A DNA stretch of 64,000 nucleotides from a virus. The position numbers and the translations under genes were made by a program. A model generated the notes under the pieces. It saw nothing but the letters and a program-made list of their open reading frames with translations. It was not told where the DNA came from and made no database searches. The DNA is taken from positions 1-64,000 of the IMG/VR virus record IMGVR_UViG_3300032770_000013. One strand, written 5' to 3'. Shown piece after piece: positions 23,650 through 33,295 of this stretch (position 1 is its first letter; each line of letters begins with the position of its first letter).

Positions 23650-25840
23650 GGCTGACTACCTTGAGATACTTTCCGGGACGATGAGGATCAGCCAAATAAT
23701 AATTGCCGTCCCTCGCCAGTCTAGCCCCCTTCGGTAACTGTGGATTATCGGCCTTCTGACGCTTCGAATCGGATGGCTCGCGTATCTTGCCACCTTGCGC
23801 TCGCGATTTCCCTTGCTGATCTATTGCGCCGCCGTGTTTTTGCTGGGCTGGTGGCCGTACAATGTTGTTCTGATTGGGTGCACCCTGTGCCGTCCCCGGT
23901 CCTTGCTGCGCAAGATTTTTAAGGTCAATCCCAAGCGGCGTAAGAGCGCGTTGCAAATTCATCGTAGCCGCGACCGCCGCCCGTTGCCGAATAGGATTCG
24001 GTGCCACTTGCAACGCTGATTTGGCGCGGTTCCACTGCTGCATTCTGTCGGCAACGATAGGCAGCTGCTTGGTGATACCAGAATGCAATCGCTCCAATGC
24101 TCGTTCCGTCTGACTGCCAGCAGCAAGTCCAGCAAGTTCGCCGACCAGCGGAATCGGCACGACAGCATGACCAATCAAAGCTCCAACGATGCCGCCTATC
24201 CGGCTTCTAATCGCAGCCATTGCCTGCTGTATCGGAGGAGCGGAAGGAAAGTAACTTCCCGGCGGCATCGTAATGCGCCGCATCAGATTGGCATAGGCGC
24301 GCAAGGTCTCCTGTTCCTGCGGCGAGTAAATGACACCAGCCATATCGCTATTAAGAAACTTGCTCATGCGTTGGGCTATTTGCCCCGTACCCAATGCAGT
24401 CTCGCCTTCTCCGGCTTGCATTAATTTTTGGGCGACACCCTGCTTCGTAGCTATCCATTCTGGCGACTGCTCGCCGAGAATCGATTTTAACCGATTGGCC
24501 ACGCCGATATTCAAGGTAGTCGGATTGGCTGATGAGCCGACAATTTGATCCATGACCTTCCCGGAAGTAAGAGGGTCATTAACATTGTCGCCGATTATCT
24601 TTTGAACGACACGGCCAACTGGATCATTTCTGCCTGCGGTAAAAGTGCTACGATAATCCGCATAGGCCGCGCGAGCATTGTTCCAAGCCGCAACCGCTGC
24701 TGGGTCTCCCGTATAGCGACCGCCGTTTACTGCTTGGTCAATTCGGTCGTCGAAAGCATCAATAACAGCCTGCGCCGCTCGGCCATCGGCGGCATTTCCA
24801 CTTGCGTAGGCGTCCTTTCTGAAAGACGAAAGGCGCTTCCGCATTTGGTCGACGCCATCCAGATTGATACCGGTTATGTTCTGCGGATCTGGAACCGGAG
24901 TAGCCTTCTGTAATTTCGCAACTCCGTTATTCAGATCATCAATCATCTTCGACGCAAACGGTGTCGTCTTGTCGTCAATAATGACCGGATTATCGCCAAG
25001 CGTGAGATCGTTTCTGATGCCTTGGCTTATATCCTGAAAAACGCCAGCATGAATCTCACCTGGCAACGCACGGGCCTGCGCATATGCCTGCGCAACTGCT
25101 GCTTTCCTTGCCGCCGCAGTGTTCTGCACGCCTTGGGAAACTAGCTGCCCAGCCTCTTGCGGAGTTTCAGCCAAAATCTGACGCGCTGGATCAAGTCCCT
25201 CTACCAGCGCATCCTTCGAGTCCTGCAACTGCTTCGCCCGCTGCGCCGTCCAAGCCTCGGTGCCTGGCACTGCATTACGAATCGCCGCAGCTTCCCGCTG
25301 GCGCAATGCTAGATCGTTAGCCGCCTCTCCCTTGCTCAGGGTCACTCCAAACGGAGCTTCGGGCAGTTCAACGGGCTTAGGAATGCCCTTCGGCACCGGC
25401 AACAAGAATGACGCGCCGATTTCTGCTGCTGTTCCAGCCGCAGGGCTTCCAGTAGCTTCGGCAATCGGCCTGCCAACGATAGTATGCAACGGAGCATTAA
25501 TCGGCGACGTAACGTAGCCAAGGCCGCCAAGAGCGACGTTGCCCAAGCCCTTAGCAACTTCCAACGGCTCGCCAGTTTCGATTTGCGAAACGCCCTGGCC
25601 CATCTGGCCAATGGATTCCTTCACCATCTTCTGATAAGTTGCAGGAATGCTCGTGATCGGCTCAATGGCTTTCGCCAGAGGCGATACCTTGTCGCTTGGG
25701 TCCGCGTCGCTCGGCAAAACGAATTTTGGTTCGTCCGCAGCCGCTTCTGGCGGCGTTCCGTTTACAGGAGGCGCAGTCGCAGTTGCCGGTGGAGGCGCGG
25801 CAGGAGCGTCGCTCGGCAGAACAAAATCATCGTCGCTCAT
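23624..25840 (-). CDS. Internal virion / DNA ejection protein
   Basis: 738 aa, helical A/Q-rich; position. Confidence 0.6.
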   Translation of the reverse strand: MSDDDFVLPSDAPAAPPPATATAPPVNGTPPEAAADEPKFVLPSDADPSDKVSPLAKAIEPITSIPATYQKMVKESIGQMGQGVSQIETGEPLEVAKGLGNVALGGLGYVTSPINAPLHTIVGRPIAEATGSPAAGTAAEIGASFLLPVPKGIPKPVELPEAPFGVTLSKGEAANDLALRQREAAAIRNAVPGTEAWTAQRAKQLQDSKDALVEGLDPARQILAETPQEAGQLVSQGVQNTAAARKAAVAQAYAQARALPGEIHAGVFQDISQGIRNDLTLGDNPVIIDDKTTPFASKMIDDLNNGVAKLQKATPVPDPQNITGINLDGVDQMRKRLSSFRKDAYASGNAADGRAAQAVIDAFDDRIDQAVNGGRYTGDPAAVAAWNNARAAYADYRSTFTAGRNDPVGRVVQKIIGDNVNDPLTSGKVMDQIVGSSANPTTLNIGVANRLKSILGEQSPEWIATKQGVAQKLMQAGEGETALGTGQIAQRMSKFLNSDMAGVIYSPQEQETLRAYANLMRRITMPPGSYFPSAPPIQQAMAAIRSRIGGIVGALIGHAVVPIPLVGELAGLAAGSQTERALERLHSGITKQLPIVADRMQQWNRAKSALQVAPNPIRQRAAVAATMNLQRALTPLGIDLKNLAQQGPGTAQGAPNQNNIVRPPAQQKHGGAIDQQGKSRAQGGKIREPSDSKRQKADNPQLPKGARLARDGNYYLADPHRPGKYLKVVSRARRSIAA

Positions 25841-28800
25841 TGCTGCGGCTCAGTCAGGAGCGTATCGGCGATGCCATTGCCATATTTTCTATTGATCGCC
25901 GCAATGGCCGCAGGGTTGTCACGATGAGCAAGTAACGCGGCCCGGTCCCGCGGATCCACAAGGCCGTTTGCAATCGCGCGCCTTGAATAAACTTCCGGCG
26001 GATTAGCCCTGTTAAATTCAATCTCAGCCCCAACCGTATCGCCGCCATGGGTCCGCATATAATCTCTGGCAAACTGGTAGTAGTCAGCTTGCCGCTGGAC
26101 CTGCTGTTCGATAGCCGAGGAAACCAGTCGGAAGCCTGTCGGCGTATTTTCGGCATTAGGCACCGAACTGGTCGCCTGCTGGACGATCATCATGGCCTCG
26201 CGGGAGCCGAGCGTCCGGGCGAGTTCAAAGCCCATTTGCGTCGTCTGCTTATTCAGGCTTTCCCAGCTTCCAACGGTCTTTGGGTCGAAAACCGGATTGG
26301 CCCCAAGCGTCGCGGCAATCGAGTTGATGGTCTTGGCCAGACCGACGCGGGCTGATTCGCCAGTGCCGGTAGTCGACCAGCCAGCCGCATTAAGCTGATC
26401 GGCATCCTGCCGCATGATGCCCAGCCGCATTTTAATGTCTTGGGCATTGGCGTAGGCATCACCAGCCTTTTCGAACTTCTTGGCCGCATCCTTCTGCATT
26501 TCCTCAATGGCAGGAGTGACCGACGAGGATACGCTGCCGTCTGGATTGCGGATCAGCCGGGGGGCAAATTCGCTAGGCTGGCCCAATGGGAGGACATTAG
26601 GCGGCGTAGGAGCGGCTGGAGCGGCAGCGGGGGCACTTGGGGTACCCGGCGCGGCAGGCGTACCAGTGACGCCCGGAAGCCTGCTAATGGCCCAATCCTG
26701 AGCCGCCCGAAGGGCAGGACTGGTATCCGCACCAGTTGTAACCACCTGATTCGGAGCGACCGCTATTGGCCTGCCGCCCTCTCGGATAGCCGCCTGAGCA
26801 ATATCGTAAGGGGCTTCGGCCTCCTTTTTGAGACCAGCGGCCCTAGCCGCTGCTTCTGCGGCACCCGGAACCGGAATGACGTTCCCATTCTGATCGGTTG
26901 TGATTCCTTTGGAAATCATCGTCTCGTACAGCGACATCATCTTTTCGCCAGCCGACTGGTAAGCCGGGACGCCAGATCGGATATACCGCTGTGCCGTGGC
27001 GAGGAGATGGTTGGGATTCATCACTGGCGTATTATTCGCATCCACCGCCACTGGACCCTGCGGCGTCTGTCGTATCGCCGCCACGTTGGACACGGCCTGT
27101 GTAGCTTGATGTAAAGTCGCTACCGGGTTTTCGGCAGGCGCAATGTTCGGAGTTGCGGCCTGTGGAGCAGGCGGCAAAACAGACGCAAGGCCAGAACGCG
27201 GAGTAGCGGTTACCGTCCCGGTATCCTCGTCCCGCATCTTCGTCAGCGCATCAAGATTTCTTGCCTCGGTCTCCGCTTCAATCGACAGCTTCCGAGCCTG
27301 AGCGTTTATTACCTTCTCGTTCATTTCCTGCTGGCGCTCGGTCGTATAAGTCTGCGCACCAGCCAGTGCACCTTCACCTAGCGCAACGCCCGGAAACGGT
27401 GATCGAGAAGCGAGCATTCCAGCACCGGCCGTGATTAGCGCGGGCCAGAGTTTGGAATTACTCGACCAATCAATACCTGATGTTGGAGCAACTCCCTGCG
27501 GCGCGGAGACCGACACGTTACCTATGTCTAGCGGTGCACCGGAAGTCGCTGCATTGATGGCCATTATTCCCGGCGCATTTGCTATGCCGTTTTGGTTAGC
27601 AAAGGCCAAAGCATGCACGCCATTGAATCTGCTATCCCAAAGATTCGTAAATTGACCAGCCGTCATTCCCGGCGCACCGCCATTCTGCACGACCGCATTG
27701 TGACCGACGATGCTTGATGCTGGCGCATCGGGATTTGTCAACAGAGCGAGCGCGCCATTCGCCCCCTGCTGATGAGCTAAATACAATTCAGCAGCAGTCG
27801 GATCGCGACCGAGACCAGCGCGCAATGTCTGGAAATTATCACGTCCCAAGCGACCAGCCGCATCCGTACTAGCTACCGGATCTGTAGGATCATCCAAACC
27901 ATATTGCCGCGCTGTGCTCGGTATGAATTGGAATAGCCCGGTTGCGCCAGAAAATTCGTTCCGAGCGTCGGGATTGTAGTTGGATTCAATCTTGGCGGTC
28001 TGCGAAAGATAGCCGGGAGGCAAACCGTACTTCGCCTCGGTCTTGTCAAACAACGTCGGGCTGCGACCGCTTGCAACTTCATCTGGCATTGCTGCGACAT
28101 CCGCCGCGATTGGCCGAGACTGAGGCAGCGGCACATCAGTCGGCGCGACACCGGCATTCGGCGGCGGCAATACGATGGCGTCACCCGTGGCAGGATTGAC
28201 GACGCTGTTCGACCAAGACGGCATATTGGTCACGTCGCCAAATTCTTGATTAAAGTCTGGCGAGCCACCATCGGCATATCCCTTCGGCATCACGATACGA
28301 TCATGCGTCGGCAGATTGGCAATACCGCCAGAAGCATATCGTCCGACCGAACCGCCGCGGTGATAGATGGCCTCGCTCGAGGAAGGCGGCGGAGCTACAC
28401 CTTCAGGAATAGGCACGATCGTTCCAGCGGGAGACGGCGTAAACGTGCTGCCGGGAGGCGAGATATTGGTCGGCTGGTTCAAGCCTAACTGAATCTGCTG
28501 ACCAAGCTGACCGATGCCTTTTGCCTGCTGGGCGATGCTGGGTTGCTGTTGTGCACCGAGGTTTGGCGGATAGCCCGGAGGGCCGCGGCCATGCGCCGGC
28601 TGCGAGGACGGCACATAGTTGACGCCGCCAGTATAGGGCAGACCGGATGACACAGGCGGCAGACTTCCCGGATAAGGCATGCCACCGGAATGCGGCGCCC
28701 ACGGATAAGCCATTGCCACACCGCCACCCGGCGCAAATCCCGGAACGCGATTCGCTACGCCGCCACTGGAGCGGCGGATCGCATCCTCAGTCGCACGATC

Positions 28801-29853
28801 ATAATCGACATGCTTCCAGCCGCCGATCTCGCGGATGGCATCAGGATGATGCTTCTGCACCTCCTGCGCTATCAAACCGATCCGGGTCGTCGGATCGCCC
28901 TTGTAGTTGAAACGATAGATCGTCTGACCATCAAAAAGCTTGCCGATCCTGCGGATGTTTTCTTTCGCCCGGCGATCAGAAAGAGCGCCGAGAGCGGGAA
29001 GATATGAAAGCAATCCAGCCTGGCCACCTAACCCGGTAGCAAGCGTGCCGAGGCCGGCAATCTGGCTGATCGGATTAGGCGGCGGCCCGACCGTCTGCGA
29101 CGTGCCGCCCATCAAGCTCCCAAGACCGCCAAGCTGGCTCGCTTCCCATCCCGTCGCCTGAAACGGATAACCAAGCTGAGCAAGGTATTGCTGATAGGCA
29201 AAGGTGTCGGCCGCCTGTTGGGTTTGCTGCGCCGTTGTGCCAAGGCCGAATTGCTGGCCGGCACCGGTCAAAGCTGCATTCTGACCGGCCACGCCAAGAC
29301 TACCGACCGAATAGGCTCCGGACGCCAAAGCCTGTTGCTCGGTCAATGCGGTATTGACGCCTTGGGTATAGCCTTGGCTTTCCAGTCCGGCGATGACCGG
29401 GGCCTGGGCAAGCTGTTGCTGGTTCGCCAATTCGGCCGCTGCAATGGCTTCTCGATTACCCCCCATCGCACCTTGCGCGATCGCATTGCCCTGAACTTGT
29501 TCCTGCTGCTGTGCGTTCTGATTGGCAAATTGAGCCTGCGTCGCATTGACTACTGCTGCCGTGTAAGGGTTCGTATATTGCGAAATATCCGCCGCAGTAA
29601 TTGGTTGTGCCGCCTGCTGCGCCATCGTCTCCGCAGTGTTCACATACGGAACGGCATAACCCGCGTATTGATTGGTGTTGGCGATGCCGGTGCGCTGCTC
29701 TGGCGTAAGCGGAGCCACACCTTGACCAGTGAACGCCGTGTAGGGTGTTTGCCCGATATTCTGGATGGTCGGGATGACCGAGCTATACGCCGCCATTGCC
29801 GCCGGGTTAGCGGAGGTGGTTTGCGTGGTCGTGTTTTTGTTAGTCCCACACAT
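25837..29853 (-). CDS. DNA ejection protein with peptidase S74-like chaperone domain and lytic transglycosylase domain
   Basis: SDRRAKENI..IYRFNYKG..GLIAQEV; IESNYNP..ATGLFQF..T..YGL. Confidence 0.75.
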   Translation of the reverse strand: MCGTNKNTTTQTTSANPAAMAAYSSVIPTIQNIGQTPYTAFTGQGVAPLTPEQRTGIANTNQYAGYAVPYVNTAETMAQQAAQPITAADISQYTNPYTAAVVNATQAQFANQNAQQQEQVQGNAIAQGAMGGNREAIAAAELANQQQLAQAPVIAGLESQGYTQGVNTALTEQQALASGAYSVGSLGVAGQNAALTGAGQQFGLGTTAQQTQQAADTFAYQQYLAQLGYPFQATGWEASQLGGLGSLMGGTSQTVGPPPNPISQIAGLGTLATGLGGQAGLLSYLPALGALSDRRAKENIRRIGKLFDGQTIYRFNYKGDPTTRIGLIAQEVQKHHPDAIREIGGWKHVDYDRATEDAIRRSSGGVANRVPGFAPGGGVAMAYPWAPHSGGMPYPGSLPPVSSGLPYTGGVNYVPSSQPAHGRGPPGYPPNLGAQQQPSIAQQAKGIGQLGQQIQLGLNQPTNISPPGSTFTPSPAGTIVPIPEGVAPPPSSSEAIYHRGGSVGRYASGGIANLPTHDRIVMPKGYADGGSPDFNQEFGDVTNMPSWSNSVVNPATGDAIVLPPPNAGVAPTDVPLPQSRPIAADVAAMPDEVASGRSPTLFDKTEAKYGLPPGYLSQTAKIESNYNPDARNEFSGATGLFQFIPSTARQYGLDDPTDPVASTDAAGRLGRDNFQTLRAGLGRDPTAAELYLAHQQGANGALALLTNPDAPASSIVGHNAVVQNGGAPGMTAGQFTNLWDSRFNGVHALAFANQNGIANAPGIMAINAATSGAPLDIGNVSVSAPQGVAPTSGIDWSSNSKLWPALITAGAGMLASRSPFPGVALGEGALAGAQTYTTERQQEMNEKVINAQARKLSIEAETEARNLDALTKMRDEDTGTVTATPRSGLASVLPPAPQAATPNIAPAENPVATLHQATQAVSNVAAIRQTPQGPVAVDANNTPVMNPNHLLATAQRYIRSGVPAYQSAGEKMMSLYETMISKGITTDQNGNVIPVPGAAEAAARAAGLKKEAEAPYDIAQAAIREGGRPIAVAPNQVVTTGADTSPALRAAQDWAISRLPGVTGTPAAPGTPSAPAAAPAAPTPPNVLPLGQPSEFAPRLIRNPDGSVSSSVTPAIEEMQKDAAKKFEKAGDAYANAQDIKMRLGIMRQDADQLNAAGWSTTGTGESARVGLAKTINSIAATLGANPVFDPKTVGSWESLNKQTTQMGFELARTLGSREAMMIVQQATSSVPNAENTPTGFRLVSSAIEQQVQRQADYYQFARDYMRTHGGDTVGAEIEFNRANPPEVYSRRAIANGLVDPRDRAALLAHRDNPAAIAAINRKYGNGIADTLLTEPQQ

Positions 29854-30506
29854 TAAGCAGCCGCCCCGTTTCTCTTAGGAGCCGCCCAAGTATCATCTAT
29901 CTCGCCGAGTGCTTCCGCTGCTTTTCGGAGAAGCGGAGCGATATTCTTGCGCACAGTATCAAAGTGGACGCGCTTATCGTTGCAAGTTTGAGCCCACTCC
30001 CGTAGTTCGTTTCGCAGCTCACCATGATCTTCCAGCGGCTGTGGCTTCCATTCGGCATTGTGAACAAAAAACGCTCCGGCTGGCTGCCCAAGCAAGCGGC
30101 GGTAAAGTCTGACTTTCCCAGCCATCTGTTTGTTGGTGATAATCCCAGTCAACAGCGGGCAACCCATCTTGTTGGCAAGAGACTTGCCAAACTCAATCAA
30201 TGCTTCTGCATTTCTTGAACGACGAAACTCTTTGTCGACAAAGTTCCAAAGCTCGGAAAGATGCCAATCATCACTGTAATAATATTCGTTTATGCAAAGA
30301 CACGTCGAGGCTTCTAAATCGCCTACTGGTCCGATCACTCCAACAATAGTTCCCTCGCGATTGAAATACCGCCGCAACTGATCGCGCACCTTATTCTCGT
30401 TTAGCGAAAACAGGCCATTTTCTTCCCAGAGACGGCGAGCCATCGCCATCACGGCTTCCTCGTCCGCCGGCTCCGCAAGTCTGACTGTTGGCAGTTCTTG
30501 CGCCAT
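29853..30506 (-). CDS. GNAT-like acetyltransferase
   Basis: VRLAEPAD start, FVDKEFRRS motif. Confidence 0.6.
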   Translation of the reverse strand: MAQELPTVRLAEPADEEAVMAMARRLWEENGLFSLNENKVRDQLRRYFNREGTIVGVIGPVGDLEASTCLCINEYYYSDDWHLSELWNFVDKEFRRSRNAEALIEFGKSLANKMGCPLLTGIITNKQMAGKVRLYRRLLGQPAGAFFVHNAEWKPQPLEDHGELRNELREWAQTCNDKRVHFDTVRKNIAPLLRKAAEALGEIDDTWAAPKRNGAAA

Positions 30507-30835
30507 CAGTTCGGCTTACCTCCATCGGCGCCGTTGCTGTGTATCACCTTCTCGATTGCGTCTGTGATCGCCGTCTCGTTGTGCCGCGCGGCGGCCATGG
30601 AGGCCAAAACCTCAGCCAGCGCATCACGCAACTGGATAGCGCACGGCTCCGTCAGGCGCAGACGCGAGACGATAGTGGGGTCTGGCGCGATGGTTGTGCC
30701 GTCAGAATCTGGTGTGAATAGGAACACGCCTAAACAGACGTTCAAGACTCCTTGGGCATACCCTCGACCAAGCACAAGATTACAAAACGTGACGCCAACT
30801 TCGTCTGCCGCTTTGATAAACTTTGGTTCTTTCAT
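30506..30835 (-). CDS. Hypothetical protein
   Basis: Translationally coupled ORF. Confidence 0.55.
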   Translation of the reverse strand: MKEPKFIKAADEVGVTFCNLVLGRGYAQGVLNVCLGVFLFTPDSDGTTIAPDPTIVSRLRLTEPCAIQLRDALAEVLASMAAARHNETAITDAIEKVIHSNGADGGKPN

Positions 30836-31035
30836 AACAGCATTCCTCTTTCCCGCATGAAGTCTACCGGATCTTTCGCACCTTTGCTTAAGTTGCAAGC
30901 CTCACAGGTGATCTGCAAATTTTTTCTGTCGTTGTGTCCGTGACGGCACGGAATATTAGTGAAAAAGAATCGCAATCCTTTATCACCAGCCTCTTTACGA
31001 GAAATAACAACATGCTTAGTCTCATCATCAGCCAT
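30832..31035 (-). pseudogene. Internally deleted HNH endonuclease remnant
   Basis: N-terminal FFTNIPCRHGH fused directly to C-terminal NLQITCEACNLSKGAKDP. Confidence 0.65.
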
Positions 31036-31109
31036 TTGAACCCCCTGCGGTTCATTTCGGTTAGAGGTTCGCAGGCGCAGCACACGCTTGCGAACCTCGT
31101 TGATTCATA

Positions 31110-32087
31110 TCATTTTTTCGCTGGCGGTGGAAGTTTCCGCAAAGTCTTGATTTCCTTTTTGCGCGTTTCCATTATCCACTTATCCAAGATGGCGTGGCCT
31201 TTCTTCAGGCTCCCAAATTTTTTGATGATGAGTTCGGGAGGGATGATGACCTCGCCACCACTAACGTTCACGTCGACAAGACCGCGTTTGTCTGCGCCTC
31301 TCGCGCCGCCTTCGCTCGCGTAGTGCATGCCATTACCAGCACTGCCTTGCATCAACCGATGGCCCATGCCGAACATTCTGGAAACAATCGCCATACCCGC
31401 ATTCGTGTTGCCTTGACCCAGAGCAGAGACGTGGGCGGCCGGCAGGACGTAGCTCGACGAGGGAACCTTAATTGGATGGTTGTCCCGCCTGCCTGGCACA
31501 ACCGATAATACCGGACCAACATGGAGATTCCTAAACTCCTGCCGCTGATACGGCGGCGGCCGGAGATTAGCGCTCTTGGCGACGTCAAAGCCGCCCATTG
31601 CCCGATTAGCTACTCCGCCGGTATTGAGAAGCTTTTGAGCGATTGGATTGGCGGGATTGAGATTCTGCTGCACAACTCCGGGTAGGGTGGATTGCATCGT
31701 AGTTGAAGTAGCGGCCGCAGCCGGATTCGTCCCGGGCGCAGCCACTCCGGCAGGAGGCGGCGCCGTCATTGCCGTTGCCGCGGTCGAGCTCGGTGCTGCT
31801 GGATTGCTTGAGTTTGGCGTCGTGCTTGGTGTGCTGGTTGTCCCGGGAGAACCTACGCCTGCTCCCGCGCCTTGCTGAAGTGCGGCTATAATTTGTTGAA
31901 CCGCTCCACCATTGTCAAAGTTTGCTACGCCGCCAGTGGCGCGACCAGAACCGCGCCGCTGAGTTTCAAGCGCGATTGCGATCGCCTGTTTGCGAGATTG
32001 AACGTGGGGAGACTTTCCAATCTCACCCATCAAGACGTGCATATTACGCTTGAGGGCACCGGGGCTGGATGAATGTTCAAGCGGCAT
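31110..32087 (-). CDS. Hypothetical virion-associated protein with xAxGG motifs
   Basis: 325 aa ORF in the structural module. Confidence 0.6.
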   Translation of the reverse strand: MPLEHSSSPGALKRNMHVLMGEIGKSPHVQSRKQAIAIALETQRRGSGRATGGVANFDNGGAVQQIIAALQQGAGAGVGSPGTTSTPSTTPNSSNPAAPSSTAATAMTAPPPAGVAAPGTNPAAAATSTTMQSTLPGVVQQNLNPANPIAQKLLNTGGVANRAMGGFDVAKSANLRPPPYQRQEFRNLHVGPVLSVVPGRRDNHPIKVPSSSYVLPAAHVSALGQGNTNAGMAIVSRMFGMGHRLMQGSAGNGMHYASEGGARGADKRGLVDVNVSGGEVIIPPELIIKKFGSLKKGHAILDKWIMETRKKEIKTLRKLPPPAKK

Positions 32088-32982
32088 GACTGTTGCTCAC
32101 AGGGAATATTGCTTCTTTTACCATGACACCGTGCGCAACCTTCGCCCCAAATGCCTTGTGGCAAGAGTAACATAAAGTCCGTCCATTTTCGAGAGAGTAT
32201 CTAAGTTCTGGGAAAAGCGAGAATGGCTTAATATGATCGGCGTTCAAAACGCCGCCTCTGATGCCGCAAATCGTGCATTTGTAATCGTCGCGCTCGAACA
32301 CAGCTACGCGCCAACGCTCAGCTTGCCTTGATTTTCTAGCTGCTTCGTTTTTCGTCGTTACACCGCCGCGCCAAAACGGATGATCTGGACCTCTTAATAT
32401 TTTTTTATTTGGTGGTTGAGGTATTTTCCCACCGAAAGCAGCCATTACTTTACGGCCAGTTTCACGACGTGCTGCAATAATTTCCGGCCGAGTTTGAACT
32501 TCTTTGATAGCGCAGGATCGACACCGTATGCCATGATTATCTATCCTACGCAGCCAGCTACACCCACAATCAATACACGTTGCCTGAACCATTATGCGGC
32601 GTTCATTTTTCTTATGGCGCTCTCCTCCTCGCCAATTAGGATGCTCCTTTCCTCTTAACACTTTTCTTCGGCGATAAGATTCCTTAACCTCAGGTCGCGA
32701 GCTAACCTCTTTCTGAGCGCACGACAAGCATCTACCTTTCCACTTTCGGATATTGCTTACATGCATCATCCAGGTATGACCGCAATCGGAACAAACGACT
32801 TGCCGTTTCTTATCTCTATTTGCCTCTCTGTTGCAGACACGAGAACACTCACAGCAGAGAGAACCGCTAGTCCATCGCAACCCCGAATGACCATAAGGAC
32901 ACGGACGACCTTGATATTGCTTCAAGCCAGCTGCCAAGGCAGCATTCCGCGCTTCAATTGATTCCCGTCTGACCGACATCAC
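32077..32982 (-). CDS. HNH endonuclease with multiple zinc fingers
   Basis: VFERDDYKCTICG..ADHIKPF..NGRTLCYSCH. Confidence 0.85.
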   Translation of the reverse strand: MMSVRRESIEARNAALAAGLKQYQGRPCPYGHSGLRWTSGSLCCECSRVCNREANRDKKRQVVCSDCGHTWMMHVSNIRKWKGRCLSCAQKEVSSRPEVKESYRRRKVLRGKEHPNWRGGERHKKNERRIMVQATCIDCGCSWLRRIDNHGIRCRSCAIKEVQTRPEIIAARRETGRKVMAAFGGKIPQPPNKKILRGPDHPFWRGGVTTKNEAARKSRQAERWRVAVFERDDYKCTICGIRGGVLNADHIKPFSLFPELRYSLENGRTLCYSCHKAFGAKVAHGVMVKEAIFPVSNSHAA

Positions 32983-33293
32983 TTACCTATGATGGTCCAC
33001 GCTGTCCCGTTAAACCAGCAAAGATAGGGCGTTGAATGTCCGCCCGAGGGGCTGGTCCCCCAGCTCGCTCCCGACGCCCCGTCCGTAATTCGTGCGATTG
33101 TACCTGCACTTGGGCTGCTCGGCAATGTAGCTACCGTATAGCTTTTAATCGGGATGACCGCCAATGCCTGTACGGCGGCGATTAGTACAAGCATATTCTG
33201 GTTGGCGGCCGAAAGCTGGCTGGTTACGCCCTTGATCTGCGTTGCTAGATCGGTACTACCGGCTGAGCCTTGGCCTACATCGTTTGCGGCCAT
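32979..33293 (-). CDS. Small tail-associated protein
   Basis: YTVATLPS..ITDG..WFNGTAW motif; follows the nozzle gene. Confidence 0.55.
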   Translation of the reverse strand: MAANDVGQGSAGSTDLATQIKGVTSQLSAANQNMLVLIAAVQALAVIPIKSYTVATLPSSPSAGTIARITDGASGASWGTSPSGGHSTPYLCWFNGTAWTIIGK

Positions 33294-33295
33294 CG